Notes: generated by a model from the letters alone, not told the origin. Numbered from the stretch's first letter, positions 25,575 to 39,331 are shown. The stretch is 64,000 nt of DNA from Octopus vulgaris (GCA_951406725.2 OX597830.1:38936001-39000000); one strand, 5' to 3'. A program made the numbers and translations.

Positions 25575-27390
25575 TAAATTCTGGGAAAAATTTTCAAAAA
25601 TTTTTGGAAAAAACTTTCAAAAATTTTAGGAGAAAATTTTCAAAACTTTATAAGAAAATTTTCAAAAATTTTTCGGGAAAATTTTCAAAAATTTTTCAAA
25701 AAAAGATTGCCGGAGATTGCCGTAATTGCCGGAAATTGCCGGAGATGGCCGTAGATTACCGGAGATTGCAGGAAATTGACGGATATTGCCAGAAATTGCG
25801 AAACGTTGCCGGAGATTGTCGGTGAAAATTTTTGGTTAAAATTTTCGGTGAAAATTTTCACCGAAGATTTCAACCAAAAATTTTTCGAATATTTTCGCCA
25901 AAAATTTTACCCAAAACTTTTTCCGAAAATTTTCACCACCATTTTCCACAAAAATCTTTCGAAAGTTTTCACGGAAAATTTTAACCGTAATTTTTCGAAA
26001 ATTTTCACCGAAAATTTTAACCAAAAATTTTCCCCGAAAATTCTCACCCAACAATTTTTCGAAAATTTTCACCAACAATTTTTCGAAAATTTCCCCAAAA
26101 ATTTTTCGAAAATTTTCACCGAAGATTTTAGCCAAAAATTTTTCGAAAATTTTCGCCGAAAATTTTCCCCAAAAATTTTCTGGAAATTTTTACCGAAAAT
26201 TTTCCCTAAAAGTTATTCGAAAATTTTCACGAAAAATTTTCCCCAAAGATATTTTGAATTTTTTTGTTGAAAATTTTCCAAGTACAAGTACGGGTCGAAT
26301 AATTTCCTAAAGAAACATAATTAGCGGCCTACATTGGTGTTTTAGCAGACATGTGGTTACTGAACATGTTAATGAAACATTAAAAATTAATTTTACACAA
26401 AAGTTTAACGAAAATTTTCACCGAAAATTTTACCCAAAAATTTTACAAAAATTTTCCCCAAAAGTTTTCGAAAATTTTCCCCAAAAATTCTTCGTAAATA
26501 TGAACCGAAAATTTTACCCAAAAATCTTTCGAAAATTTTACACAAATTTTTCGAAAATTTTACCCGAAATTTTTAGACAATAATTGTCTAAAAATTTCGG
26601 GTAAAATTTTCGAAAAATTTGTGTAAAATTTTCGAAATATTTTTGGGTAAAATTTTCGGTTCATATTTACGAAGAATTTTTGGGAAAATTTTCGAAAACT
26701 TTTGGGGAAATTTTCGAAAAATTGTTGGTGAAAATTTTTGGGGAAAATTTTCGATGAAAATTTTCGAAAAATTGTTGGTGAAAATGTTTGGGGAAAATTT
26801 TTGGTTAAAATTTTCGGTGAAAATTTTCGAAAAATTACGGGGAAAATTTTCCGTGAAAATTCTCGAAAGATTTTTGTGGAAAATGGTGGTGAAAATTTTG
26901 GCTAATTGGCGGAGATTGCCGGAAATTACTGGAGATTGTCGGAAATTGCTTAAAATTGCCAGAAATTACCGGAGATTGCTGGTAATTGCCCAAGATTGCC
27001 GGAAATTGCCGGAAATTACCGGAGATTGCCGGAAATTGCTGGAGATTGCCAGAAATTGCCGGAGATTACCGGAGTTTGTCGGATATACCAGCAGTTTTCA
27101 AAAATTTTGGGGGAAAGTTTTCAAATTATTTTGAGGAAAATTTTCAAAAGAATTTTCAAAAATTTTTGGGAAAAATTTTCATAAAACTTTTCCAAAAAAG
27201 TTTGCCAGAGATTGCGGATATTGCCGAAATCGCCCTACATTGCCGGAAATTGCCGGAGATTGTCGGAAATCACTGGAAATTGCCGAAGATTGCCGGAAAT
27301 AGCCGGAGATTACCGGAAATTATCGGAAATATCCGGAAAACGCCGGAAATTGCAGGAAAATACCGTAAATACCGGAGATACCGGAGATTG
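25575..27390 (+). repeat. Composite minisatellite arm with internal hairpin and captured 110-bp segment
   Basis: Same unit types as 23600-24230 in opposite orientation; palindrome centre at 26581-26583; insert at 26282-26391. Confidence 0.9.
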
Positions 27391-29045
27391 TATCGAGAGA
27401 GGGGTTTCCAAAGGTCGATAAAGATTCCTGATAAACAAAGCTTCGGAAGAAATACCAAAAAGGATCAGTAAAGAATTCATTGTTAATCGATTGAATTCAT
27501 CCTACGTAATAACCACTTCATGTTTGACATTACATTTTACCGTCAAAAATCCGGAATTGCTATGGATACAAGGGCAGCACCAGTCATTGCGAAACTAACA
27601 ATGGGCTACCTGGAAATAATTGTTTGCCAGGAATCTTTATCGACGTTTGGAAACCCCCTCTCTCAATACATAAAAGAGAATTGGAAACGATTCCTGGACG
27701 ATTGTTTTATACTCTGGAATGAAAACACAGATAAACTCCTAAAATTCAAAAACCTATTGAACAGCATCAACCCAAATATACAATTCACAATGGAATACAA
27801 CCAAAAGGAGCTTCCATTCTTAGATATACTAATTTAAAAAATTAACCTTAAAATAGAAACAGACATTTTTTACAAAGCCACAGACGCTAAACAATACCTA
27901 CTTTTTGATTCATGCCACCCAAGACACACTAAAACAAACATCCCTTTCAACCTTGCAAGAAGGATATGCACGATAGTGTCAGAACAAAATACCAGGAACC
28001 TTAGACTACAAGAACTTAAAAACACTCTAATTGACAGACACTACCCAGCTCAACTCATAGAGGATGGGATCAGACGTGCAACACAAATCGACATAGAAAC
28101 TTTGAACACAACAACACACCTTCCCCGAAAATACTGCCTTACATATCCACATACAACCCCAGAAACAAAGAAGCCTTCTCCATCATCACCCACAATTTAC
28201 CAATACTTCATAAGGACCCCAAATTAAAGGAAATTCTAAACATACATAAAATCATTAAAAGCTACAAACAACCTAAATCACTTAAAAAGATTCTCACAAA
28301 GGCAAAATTGTTTTCTGAAATTACGGATGCAAAATGTAAAAAGATGTGGTAGACCAAACTGCGCAACATGCCCAAACCTTCTAGAAGGATCAGAATTCCT
28401 CTTCAAAGAGGGACAAAAATTCGAGATCAAATTTAATTTTACTTGTGCTTCTGAAAACATAATTTATGTCATAAGATGCTCGGGCTGCCACCAAAACTAC
28501 GTGGGGTCCACGGGACTATCCCTCGGACGTAGATGCACACTGCATCGACAACAGATTGCATTCCCAGAATACAGAATGATACCCTTTGGTGAGCATATTG
28601 AGAAATGCGCAAAGCAACTACTACCACAATTTTTAATCTTTCCATTTTATCAATGTGCTATTGGAACACCAACACAAATTAGACTAAACAAGGAAACATT
28701 CTTCATTGAAAAATATAAGCCCAAACTTAACCACTCTAACATTCTTATACAGAGAATCTCACCCCATTAAATAAAAGGCACAAGAAATATAAAGCGATTA
28801 TCTCCCTTACACTGGAAGAAATAACTTATTACCTCCCCTTACCTGGAACTCTTCTTTTCACTTCATAACGAAGACATAACACGATGTTTTGAGAAATTTG
28901 AAAAGTTAACACGAAACCGGTAATTTCTTCAAAAGCTATGTCCCTGTATGAAAAAATGTTCTAACATTCTTCTGACATAATGACTCAAATATATATTTTT
29001 TAACCTTTTAAAACAAGCCTTCTGTAGTTTTTTCACTTTTTACTA
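27391..29045 (+). mobile_element. 5'-truncated Penelope-like element (probably Neptune type): RT, Cys-rich linker, GIY-YIG endonuclease; disrupted
   Basis: FYRQKSGIAMDTRAAPVIA, WKRFLDDCFILW, LPFLDILI, TDIFYKATDAKQYLLFDSCHP, CGRPNCATC, NIIYVIRCSGCHQNYVGST, KETFFIEKYKPKLN; in-frame stop at ~27835 and frameshifts; ends at (TA)n. Confidence 0.92.
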
Positions 29046-29048
29046 TTT

Positions 29049-29090
<42 letters not shown>

Positions 29091-29724
29091 ACTGTATTTA
29101 TTGAACTTTTATATAATGAACGTAAATTGAATAAACTGAAGTTGGAGCATTTGACCTGTTTTTAATCTCAGACAACAGAGAAATTATTTCTTTGCTGTTG
29201 TTAAAAGGGACATCTAATTTCATATCACGTTGTCACTTTGGAGAAAACAATCGAGCGTAATGGAGTATATTTTGATTAAATTATTTTGCATAATTTCATT
29301 TATGTATTTACTTTTTGTTTCGAAAAACTGATATTTCAATTGGAATACACCAAATCTACTGTTTTGTGTTTAACCCAAATATTTGTGGTGTAATTTTATT
29401 GTCAACCACTGTAACTTTGAATTACTAATTTCACTATATGGCAAATTATTTCACATGGAAATTTCACGAGCTATATATTTAAGATCAAAACGTAGCCAGG
29501 CACTCACTTTCAGAACTAAAATAATTGTAACTAATTAGTATGGTGTTAAACCTCATTTCCTACTTGAAATCTGATCAAAGGTATCTCAAGTGGTACGTAT
29601 TCCATACTTGTGCATACAATGCCTATGATATTAAGGACTACATTATGTAATATCCCTTACCTGTTTTTTAATAGTGTATTAGGAGATGATGCTCTCGCAA
29701 TATTGTTTCATACTCTATTAATCT

Positions 29725-29922
29725 TTAACTTGTTTCAGTAATTTGACTGTGGACATGCTGGAGCACCACCTTTAATCAGGCAAATCGACCCCAGAACTTT
29801 TCCTTTGTAAGCCTAGTACTTATTCTATCGTTCTCTTTTGCCGAACCGCTAAGTTACGGGTACGTAATCAAACCAACATCGGTTGTCAAGCGATGCTGGC
29901 GGGAGAATTACAGACACACAAA

Positions 29923-30006
<84 letters not shown>

Positions 30007-30162
30007 TACGACGGGCTTCTTTCAGTTTCCGTCTACCAATTCCACTCACAAGGCTTTGGTCAGCCCGAGGCTATAGTAAAAGACACTTACCCAAGGTGCC
30101 ACGCAGTGGCAATGAACCCGGAACCATGTGGTTCGTAAGCTAGCTACTTACCACACAGCCAC
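29725..30162 (-). mobile_element. Family C SINE with internal (TA)/(CA) tract
   Basis: Same head, core and tail as 21255-21631. Confidence 0.85.
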
Positions 30163-30269
30163 AGACTATTGGAAATAGACTTCACGCAGAAATATCAAAC
30201 TAGAAACAAATATATTTTTGATAATCCAAATTATCAATCAATGATAAAATTTGTTTACGATTTCGCTAC

Positions 30270-31210
30270 AAAGCCAGCAATTTTGGGGATATCGGCTAAT
30301 CGATTATATCATCCCTAGTGTTTAGCTGTTACTTATTTCTGTCGAACCCGAAAGGATGAAAGGCAAAACTGACCTCGACGGACATAAGTCACTAATTCTG
30401 GTTTTAAATAAATGGCCCAAGGACAGCGATTTCAGCTGGGGGAGAATGTCGATTACATCGACCCCCTCAGTACACAACTGCTACTTATCTTATCTTATTG
30501 AACCCGAAAGGATAACAGGCATAATCGAACTCAGCGAAATTTGAACTCAGAATGTAATGTGTGGACAAAATGCGGCTGACCATTTTGCCCAACGTGTTAA
30601 CGATTCTGCTTCTCACTGCTTTAATTCATGGCTAATATTATGTTTAGGAAATAGTACACAAGAGATCTCCGATCATATTTCAGTTTTATTCTGGCCTCAT
30701 TCTCAAAGCATAACATTCATTGTTCTTAAGGTAATGTCGATAAATGAATCAGCAAATATTCGTTTAGAGATAAATAATTCTGATATACCTTTGTCATGAA
30801 AGGTAATAGTTATGTGAAATGCATATAGTATTTTGTCAATATATAGCCTTTGTTCGGAACCCCTTCTGATGATTTTATTATCATTGGCGTAGCAAGCCGG
30901 CAGAATTGTTAGCACGACGGACAAACTATTTGCGGTGTTTCTTCCGGCTTTTTATGTTCTGAATTCAAATGCCGCCAAGACCAGTTTTCACTTTTATGAC
31001 CTGTAAACGAAGTTCTATTTTATGTAATTGACATCCTTGCCCCTCAAAATTGATGACTTTCTACAAAAATTAGAAAGCATTATTAAGGCAGTCAGCTTGT
31101 AGAATATCTAGTACGCCAGGAAAAATGCTTTGCAGAAAACACTGTGGGCGATGTAATCGACTAGTCTCTTCCTTCAAAATTTCAAGCCGTGTATCTTTAT
31201 TTTAAAGAAT
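30270..31210. mobile_element. Several degraded family A SINE fragments
   Basis: cccgaaaggatgaaaggcaaa (reverse core) and ggcagaattgttagcacg (forward head). Confidence 0.6.
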
Positions 31211-31769
31211 TATTATTTCTTTCCAGTTTATATATGCTATAAAGTTACACCCTAATGAGCGATTGCACCCGGTCATAAAATTCGAAATTTTATTTTTACA
31301 TTATTTATTTATATATTTGATAGTAGCATCATGAACCCCAAAGTAGAAACAAATAAGCAATGACGACAAAACGACATATTTCTAAATAACGAATATTATT
31401 ACAGTGCTAGTTATATTTTCGCCGCTTTTAATATTGCTTCTGATTAAATGATCCTATAGTTTCCGACTTAAATGCTATCAATTATGTACTTATAAATATA
31501 TATATTAATACACACACACACATACATATATAATATATATATATATATATAAGGGAACAAAGTGTACGTACGCCGTTATATATATAAATATATATAAAAT
31601 ACAAAATGAGACAAGGTCGCAAAACATTCGGACAACTAGATGATACAAAAAGGGACAACAAAACATCCAAACAGACGATACAAAGAAAACAAGGATGGGT
31701 CATTCGAAGCTTTCTTTCTTCAGTCAAGTACCAGATTATACTCGAAATTTCAGCTGATTATTCTTGCAC

Positions 31770-32125
31770 ACACTCGTGCCACTCCGTCGGTTAAGACGAT
31801 GAGTGTTCCAGTCGATCCGATCAACGGAACACAGAACAGCCTGCTTGTGAAATTAACGTGCAAGTCGCTGAACACTCCACAGACACAAAACGTAGTTCTC
31901 AGGGAGAATCAGCGTGACACAATGTGAGACAAGGCTGGCCCTTTGAAATACTGGTACAACAGAAACAGGAAGAAATAGTGAGAGAAAGCTGTGGTGAAAG
32001 CCGAAGCCTCGTAGAGCTTTAGGTGTTTTCACTCAATAAACACTCACAACGCCCGGTCCGGGAATCGAAACCGTGATCCTACGACCGCTAGTCTTCTACC
32101 GTAACCACTGGGCCATTGCGACTCC
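31770..32125 (-). mobile_element. tRNA-derived SINE (family B)
   Basis: Minus-strand head gcaatggcccagtggttacgg...ggtttcgattcccggaccggg with A- and B-box-like motifs. Confidence 0.8.
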
Positions 32126-32805
32126 ACTATAATAACCACGAAAAGCATGGCATCAGCCATACTACAAATTAGAACAGACGAATCGTAATAAATCAGTAAA
32201 TTAAAAGGAGTTATTACACACGTAGATACATATCGGTTATATATTATACCACCACATACATATATATTCTCATATTTGCACACAGAAACATAATTACACA
32301 CATACGCATACATTTACACATACATGTTTGCGAGCATGCGCACACACGTATGTTAATGGAACTATAAACATTTAACTATTACCTGTTAACATACGCAAAT
32401 ATACAAGCATTAAATTAAATCAAATAGCAAATTAACTCGACACGAAATAACATTAACAAGAACAACAACATTCGAAATCGTGATAATATGAATATTGCGA
32501 TATATATTTAAATAGTTTAGTATGTAATTATATAGCGTTCGGATTGTGTTCACTACAAAATTATAAAGAGTGAAATAGAAGGAAAAAAAAAGGATATTGT
32601 CTGAAAATGTATTTGTTTCAATTGGAGAAATATTCCCTTAATTTTATTGTCTGCGATAAGAAGACACGATTAAAATCTTTCTAAACTAAAACAGACCAAA
32701 ATATAAGAATCGAAAACTAATGTATATCCAGTTGTCCATTACAAAAATGGCTTCAGTTTCAATCTAAGAACGTGTATGTCTTTATAACTATCTAGCTATC
32801 AATCT

Positions 32806-32838
<33 letters not shown>

Positions 32839-34286
32839 CAGTTCATATTTCTATCTGGTTTGCAAGATTCTTGATGTGAATTCATGTGTTAAAAGAAATA
32901 CTAATGAACCTAACTAGTAAAAGAAAACAATAAATTTGTTAGTGGTGTAACTAACCCATTAACTAACAATATCAATAAAGGACCGAACCAGTGCGTGTGT
33001 TTATTATTACTGGCATAATGCCCCTCACAAGGTTCAAGTGTATATATATACTTAATATTTTGAACTAATGGTTATATGCTGATTAGTGTGTTGAAGTGTT
33101 GAGTAGAGCACTGACACAGTTTGGGCGACCTGGTGTCATCCGCAGCCGGGATATATTTCCCTTCGACCTACTTCAGTATTAGATGATATAATGATAATAA
33201 TTATATATATTTCTTATCAGTTTATGTAACTTCTTATTATTTTGTATTCTTACTTTCATATCCTTACCTACTAACCTCTTATCCCAATAAGTTGTTACTG
33301 TTCTTAAATAGAGATAGATACTTTCTAGTTACTTAAGTATGTACGAGATTGTTATACTATATCCATACAAACGTATACATATTTGTATATGTGTGCATGT
33401 GTGCACATAGATAAATATGTATGTGTATCTGTACACAATACATTTTTTTTCATTCTTGGTTTATAATAAATATATCGATAGCATATTTGCCTTTCCAGTA
33501 TTCCATAAGTAAATGCCCAAAGCAGTCTTTATAGAAACCACCTAATAATTAAATAATTAAATCTATGAATGAATATTAAACTGATTCTCTGTAATCTTTC
33601 CTTTTTAATGTTGAAAATTGATATATAAATATACACATTTTATCTATTTTGGTTATGATATAATTTTTGATAATCTTAAATGTTATCAGTATACAAAACA
33701 ATATTGTTTATAAACAATCACCCATAGTACTCCATGAACAAAAATTCTTCTGTATTCACAGGTTTTATTGGCGTTTCCCCCATTAACTGATTATTGACAT
33801 CAGGATTTGATGTCCCCCCCTACCCAGCCTCATTTAAAGACAGATTCTTTATACTACTCCTGAAATCTGGACAATATTTATGACCATACCTAGCCATGAG
33901 CTGTCAACTCAATCTTGCCCTTCATTCTAAACAGACACAGTCCTCTAGTCTTAGATTTAGTACTTGATAAAAAGACTAATAAATTAAAAATGAACCACAG
34001 TCCTTTACAAGATATGAACCCAGTAAGCTTCATGCATTTCTTGAAAGTGTAGTATAGTCTTAGCTACAACAGTGACAACATGGATTTCTTCCATCTTTTT
34101 TGCTCTGTTAAAGTATTTGAGTAAAATCTATTAATGTGTCCGACTAATTAAAATTCTATGTATTTATTTGTGCAACTGATGATAGCCTTGCATTTAAATT
34201 GATGTAATGATTGCATTGTTCAATTAAATGTAGCCGCTTCAAACGGTCGTACTGCATCATTTCTTGATATCATGTTGCTTATTTTG

Positions 34287-34336
<50 letters not shown>

Positions 34337-34380
34337 AATACACATATATATATATACATATACATATACACATATATGTG

Positions 34381-34413
<33 letters not shown>

Positions 34414-34559
34414 ATGTGTGTGTGTGTATACACATACAGAGACATAACAGAAGTAAATAGAAAACCCATAGAATTCATTTTATGTTTATTTTAACTTCAA
34501 AGGTGTATATATTTTTTGAAATGCCATTTTTATGTTCCAGATTTTAAATGTGACTGTTT

Positions 34560-35010
34560 AAACATGCACGTACATAAAGAAACCTCGGAACTGTCCAGAG
34601 TTCCAAGAAGCAGGATTGCGGATCAAACTGAATGTGAACCAAGTTAGTTTAAGATCGCAGGAAAAGTTGGGATCCCTCTTCTTACAGATGATAGATTGAT
34701 TCTGCAATTCACTAGGGAGAGGTGGGAATCAACTTCACGTCTTCCCTTCGCTTTGTGAAGAAGAGAACCCTCGTTGCAAGGCCTCTGACATAGCAGAAGT
34801 TAACGTCAGTCCCAGAACAGCTGTCAGGTATCTCCACAAACTTGGCTTGTATGGCAGAGCAGCAAGAAGGAAGCCACTTCTTCGACCAGCCAATATCAAG
34901 CGGAGAAAAGATTGGGACAGTGAGATGGTGTAGAGACCACTAGCATTATGGGACGCTGTCATATACTCTGATGAGTCCAGATTTGCTGTATTTTCTAACA
35001 GTGGCCTACT
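34560..35010 (+). mobile_element. Tc1 transposase fragment (HTH region and first catalytic Asp)
   Basis: VSPRTAVRYLHKLGLYGRAARRKPLLRPANIKRRKDW...WDAVIYSDESRF; one in-frame stop; truncated. Confidence 0.9.
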
Positions 35011-35469
35011 ATGCGTTCTCAAACCGGCAAAAGATACTGCAGTAAATTATTTTATGCAGTATTATTTCCGGTAATTTAGCGCGCCAAAACGAGGACTTTT
35101 GAAAAATAACCACAAGTGTAATGGGTAGAACTACATACATGTTCGACCTCGTGCAGATGTATGGTGTGTAACTCGGCAAATTATATTTGTATGGACGATC
35201 ATACTGAAGATCTACAGATAAATTGCGTAAGTAAAATTACGTAATTTGTTAATAGTGAAACATTGTTTATGATTAATCTATATGTTTGTTACTTTATATA
35301 TATACATACACACATAGTATATCATATATATGTATATACACACACTCGTTACCTCGCTTACTTGTAGAACACTGTAACACCGGTTTAATTCATACATACT
35401 CTCAATTTTTTTACACATATATATATATATATTTATATATATATATACAGATATATTACCGGAAATAAT

Positions 35470-35768
35470 ATGGTGGTGGTGGTGGTGGTAGTGTTGGTGG
35501 TGATGGTGTTGGTGGTGATTGTGGTGGTGGTGGTGGTAGGGGTGGTGTTGGTGGTAGTGGTGGTGATGATGGTGTTGGTGGTGGTAGTGGTGGTGGTGGT
35601 AGTGGTGGTGGTGGTGATGATGGTGTTGGTGATAGTGGTGGTGGTGGTGATGGTGGTGGTGATGATTATGATGAAGATATTGTTGATAATGATGATGACG
35701 ATGATGATGATGATAGGAGTTGTGGGCGTTGGTGTTGGTGGTGGTGGTGGTGGTGTTGGTGGTGGTGC
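35470..35768. repeat. (GGT/GAT)n trinucleotide repeat
   Basis: Directly visible; source of the poly-His and poly-Val ORFs. Confidence 0.95.
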
Positions 35769-36282
35769 AAATGCAATCTGAGTTTGTCTTGCTCACTTAG
35801 GTTTCTGGTGTTTGCTAAATATTCTAGAGAACAATTCTTAGTGGTAAGACCATAGCGGATCTACTTCTAGCATTAGGGTGTCCACATAGTGGTAACCCCT
35901 CTTATATATATATATATGTAATACTATTTACTGAGCCTCAGTTTTTTAATATGCTAGACCACTGGTGTTAAATTGATGTTATCAAATTAATATCCAATTT
36001 TTCACCCTCATTTTAGATTTATATATATATATCAATAGTTCAAAGTTACAGAATAAAGACTAATACAAGTGAAGGAATAAGAAGCACGTGTATTAGTTTA
36101 ATGCTCGAGAAGAACGGAAAAGTCCTTGAGGCTTCAAATTTAGGCTGTACGACAGAAAGGATTTAAAGAGAAAAACTGAAGTGAGGACGGAAAGAAAAAC
36201 CGAGAGACGACAAAAAAATGACGCAGAGAGAAAGAAGAGATGTGTAGGAAATAACGGTTTAACATGACGAAATATATACATA

Positions 36283-36391
<109 letters not shown>

Positions 36392-36515
36392 GTATGTGTG
36401 CATATATATATATCTTTATTTATTTATATTTATATACATATATATATTCATATATAAATATATAATACTTATATATATATGCATATATATATATATACAT
36501 ACTTACATATTACAC

Positions 36516-36553
<38 letters not shown>

Positions 36554-36982
36554 CTATAGAAACAAAAACTATGCATATATAGAGGGGATATGTATATAGG
36601 AAAATGAGGAACGCTAGTTATTACATATATAGATATTAGCATCACAGCTTTCATAGAGGCAATAATTTATTCAATAATCTACGGGGTAGAGTTTGTTCTT
36701 TTATAATGTTTTTGTGGAGCTTATAGAGCAATGTTAATCCTTCTTCGATTTTAGGCAAACATTTCACAACTGGAGATTACGTTAACGGGGAATTTCAAAT
36801 ATATATCAATTTATTCCTGAACACAAAAAAACATAAAAGGCGACACACACCTACACATATGTGTATATTTGTTTAGCCATACATACATACATAGAAAATG
36901 CCACATACACGTATACATACAGTTGAGTATAAAATAACGTACACACCTATAAGTATGTATATATATATATATATATATATAG

Positions 36983-37026
<44 letters not shown>

Positions 37027-37140
37027 TTTTGTGTATGTATGTCTATATTTATATACATATATATGTGTGTATGTGTGTATGTATGTATGCATGTAGGTAT
37101 GAATGTATATGTAATGTGTTTGAAGTGGGGTACAGATATT

Positions 37141-37593
37141 GTATATTGAGAAAAAGCAGTCAGTCAGAATTATGGACAATTTTTTATTGGAGCTTTCGTT
37201 CGTTTAACCGAACTCTTTAAAGAAAAGATTAATTTGCTAAATTCTTGCCTTAAGCTTTGAATTGTATCGGGGTGGGGGTTAGATTTTGGTCGATAAGAGA
37301 ACAAGTACCAGAGTTCAATGAGGACTATGTGGATGACGGTCACTGCCACCACGAATGGCCACATCGGTGTTGGTCTCGCCCCTTGGAACCGTCTTCAGCT
37401 TTCATTAAATCCGCTGGGATATGTTTTTCTTAGTGTCTTCATAAATGGTTCTTATGAATTTCATAGTTCCGTGAATGGCTGCGGATCCTCTTCTAAACCT
37501 TTCATTGTTTCTCTCCACGTAGTAGGTTAAACGAACGAAAACACTAATAAAGAATTATCCAAAATTCTGACCGCCACATTTTTCTCAATATGT
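37141..37593 (-). mobile_element. Internally deleted Tc1/mariner-like element with ~70-bp TIRs
   Basis: 37141-37210 and 37525-37593 are imperfect inverted repeats (tattgagaaaaa...cgttcgtttaacc); interior resembles decayed transposase C-terminus and is homologous to 39920-40122. Confidence 0.65.
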
Positions 37594-38091
37594 ATGTGTT
37601 TGTGTGTATGTGTGTCTATATGCATCAATATATTATATATATATATATATGTATGTGTGTATATGTATATGACAATATATGTATATGTGTGTTTGTGTGA
37701 GTGTGCGTGTGTGTGTGTATGTATGTATTACTTTTACCCTGTATGTAAAGGTACATATAACTTCCAAATGTTCACTCACACATGTAGTGTCGTCTTTTAT
37801 AATTAATACGTATATTTGCCTTCAAGTATATTATTTGCATACACATATCGCAGTAACATAGCACTGATGCATTAAAATATAGTTAAATCTATGTTGGTAA
37901 TGTCACACCTCTTGGGATGTTAACGTTCTATATTGACTACAGAAATTGTAGATTGTACATAGATATATATATATATAGAGAGAGAGAGAGACATCGACAT
38001 GCATATATACATGTGTCAGTGCATATATATGTATGTGTATATATATATATATATATTTTGATATATATATATATGCATATATATGTATGTG

Positions 38092-38133
<42 letters not shown>

Positions 38134-38156
38134 CATACATACGTACATATATGTAT

Positions 38157-38199
<43 letters not shown>

Positions 38200-38203
<4 letters not shown>

Positions 38204-38374
38204 GATAGTTGGCGACTTTTTCCTACCGTCTTCCTTTTCTCTTGGACCTTCCTCTGTCCCCTGTTTCTGAAGAAAACATTGCTCGAAACGTAAAACACTC
38301 TCTTTCCTTCACCGCCTCCTCGCCCTTTTGTTGTGTTCCCCTCTTGTGCATTTTCTTCGCTTTTCGGGATTAAT

Positions 38375-38376
<2 letters not shown>
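38200..38376 (+). mobile_element. Short non-coding element with hammerhead motif (Penelope pLTR-like)
   Basis: tgttt-ctgaaga-aaacattgctc-gaaa-cg-ta-aaaca at 38262-38297; flanked by (TA)n and (TG)n. Confidence 0.6.
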
Positions 38377-38412
<36 letters not shown>

Positions 38413-38994
38413 GACGTTAGTTCACCCCGAGCATGTGTTGATGGTTTGTGTTTTAGCTAGACATACAGTTGTGCTTTTGACTGTACATTTTTTTTCCACA
38501 GATATGCATTAGCTAATACAGTCCATCTCAAGGTGGATATTTGTTTACCAGTTTTCAGATCCCAGATGCAAATTCATGGCGCTGTGTTATGACTTCTAAA
38601 CAGGCTTCAAAATAAACTACACGTATAATTTTGGTTCAACGAGTGATTCATACATAAATCTCTACTACTTTCATCGCTGCATATATCTTCATGTATATCG
38701 TATGCAAATCTGCATACATCTGTATATAATTGTATGCACTAGTTTACCTTCTGCCAAGCATAAATATGTCTATAAATATATAAGAGTGTAAATGAATCTC
38801 AAGGATATGACAATCCTATTGTAAGGGTATTTATGTGCATGCATATGTGTGGTTTGTTATATATATGGTCGAATAATCGCACGTGTGTACATATGACCAT
38901 ATGATGTGTATATGTATGAGTCAGCCTGTGTGTACATAAACACTCCTACACACGCAAACACAAATACAATCATGTACCGGGTGAACGTGTGTGC

Positions 38995-38995
38995 T

Positions 38996-39059
<64 letters not shown>

Positions 39060-39234
39060 CATCAGCAACAGTAGTAGTAGTAGTTGTTGTAGTAGTAGTG
39101 GTAGTAGTAGTAGTAGCAGTAGTAGTAGTAGTAGTTGTTGTTGTTGTTGTTGTAGTGGTAGTAGTAGTAGTTGTTGTTGTTGTTGTAGTAGTGGTAGTAG
39201 TAGTAATGGTAGTAGTGGTAGTAGTAGTAGTAGT

Positions 39235-39330
<96 letters not shown>
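38995..39330. repeat. (AGT)n/(TGT)n/(AGC)n trinucleotide repeat
   Basis: Directly visible. Confidence 0.97.

Positions 39331-39331
<1 letters not shown>

Noticed and set aside
23600-27390. CRISPR-like array
   Set aside because: Units are contiguous and degenerate with no unique spacers of constant length; no cas genes; eukaryotic context.
23581-27471. Long PEIAG/RKL and KIF repeat ORFs as repetitive proteins
   Set aside because: Open in multiple frames on both strands because the 10-12-bp units lack stops; unit length is not a consistent multiple of three.
37368-37395. Hammerhead-like CTGAAGA-cg-gttcc-aa-ggggc-GAGAC on the minus strand, with a homologue at ~39963-39990
   Set aside because: Both copies have GAGA rather than GAAA, the homologue lacks CUGA, no stem I is evident, and the segment lies inside Tc1/mariner-like sequence; probably coincidental.
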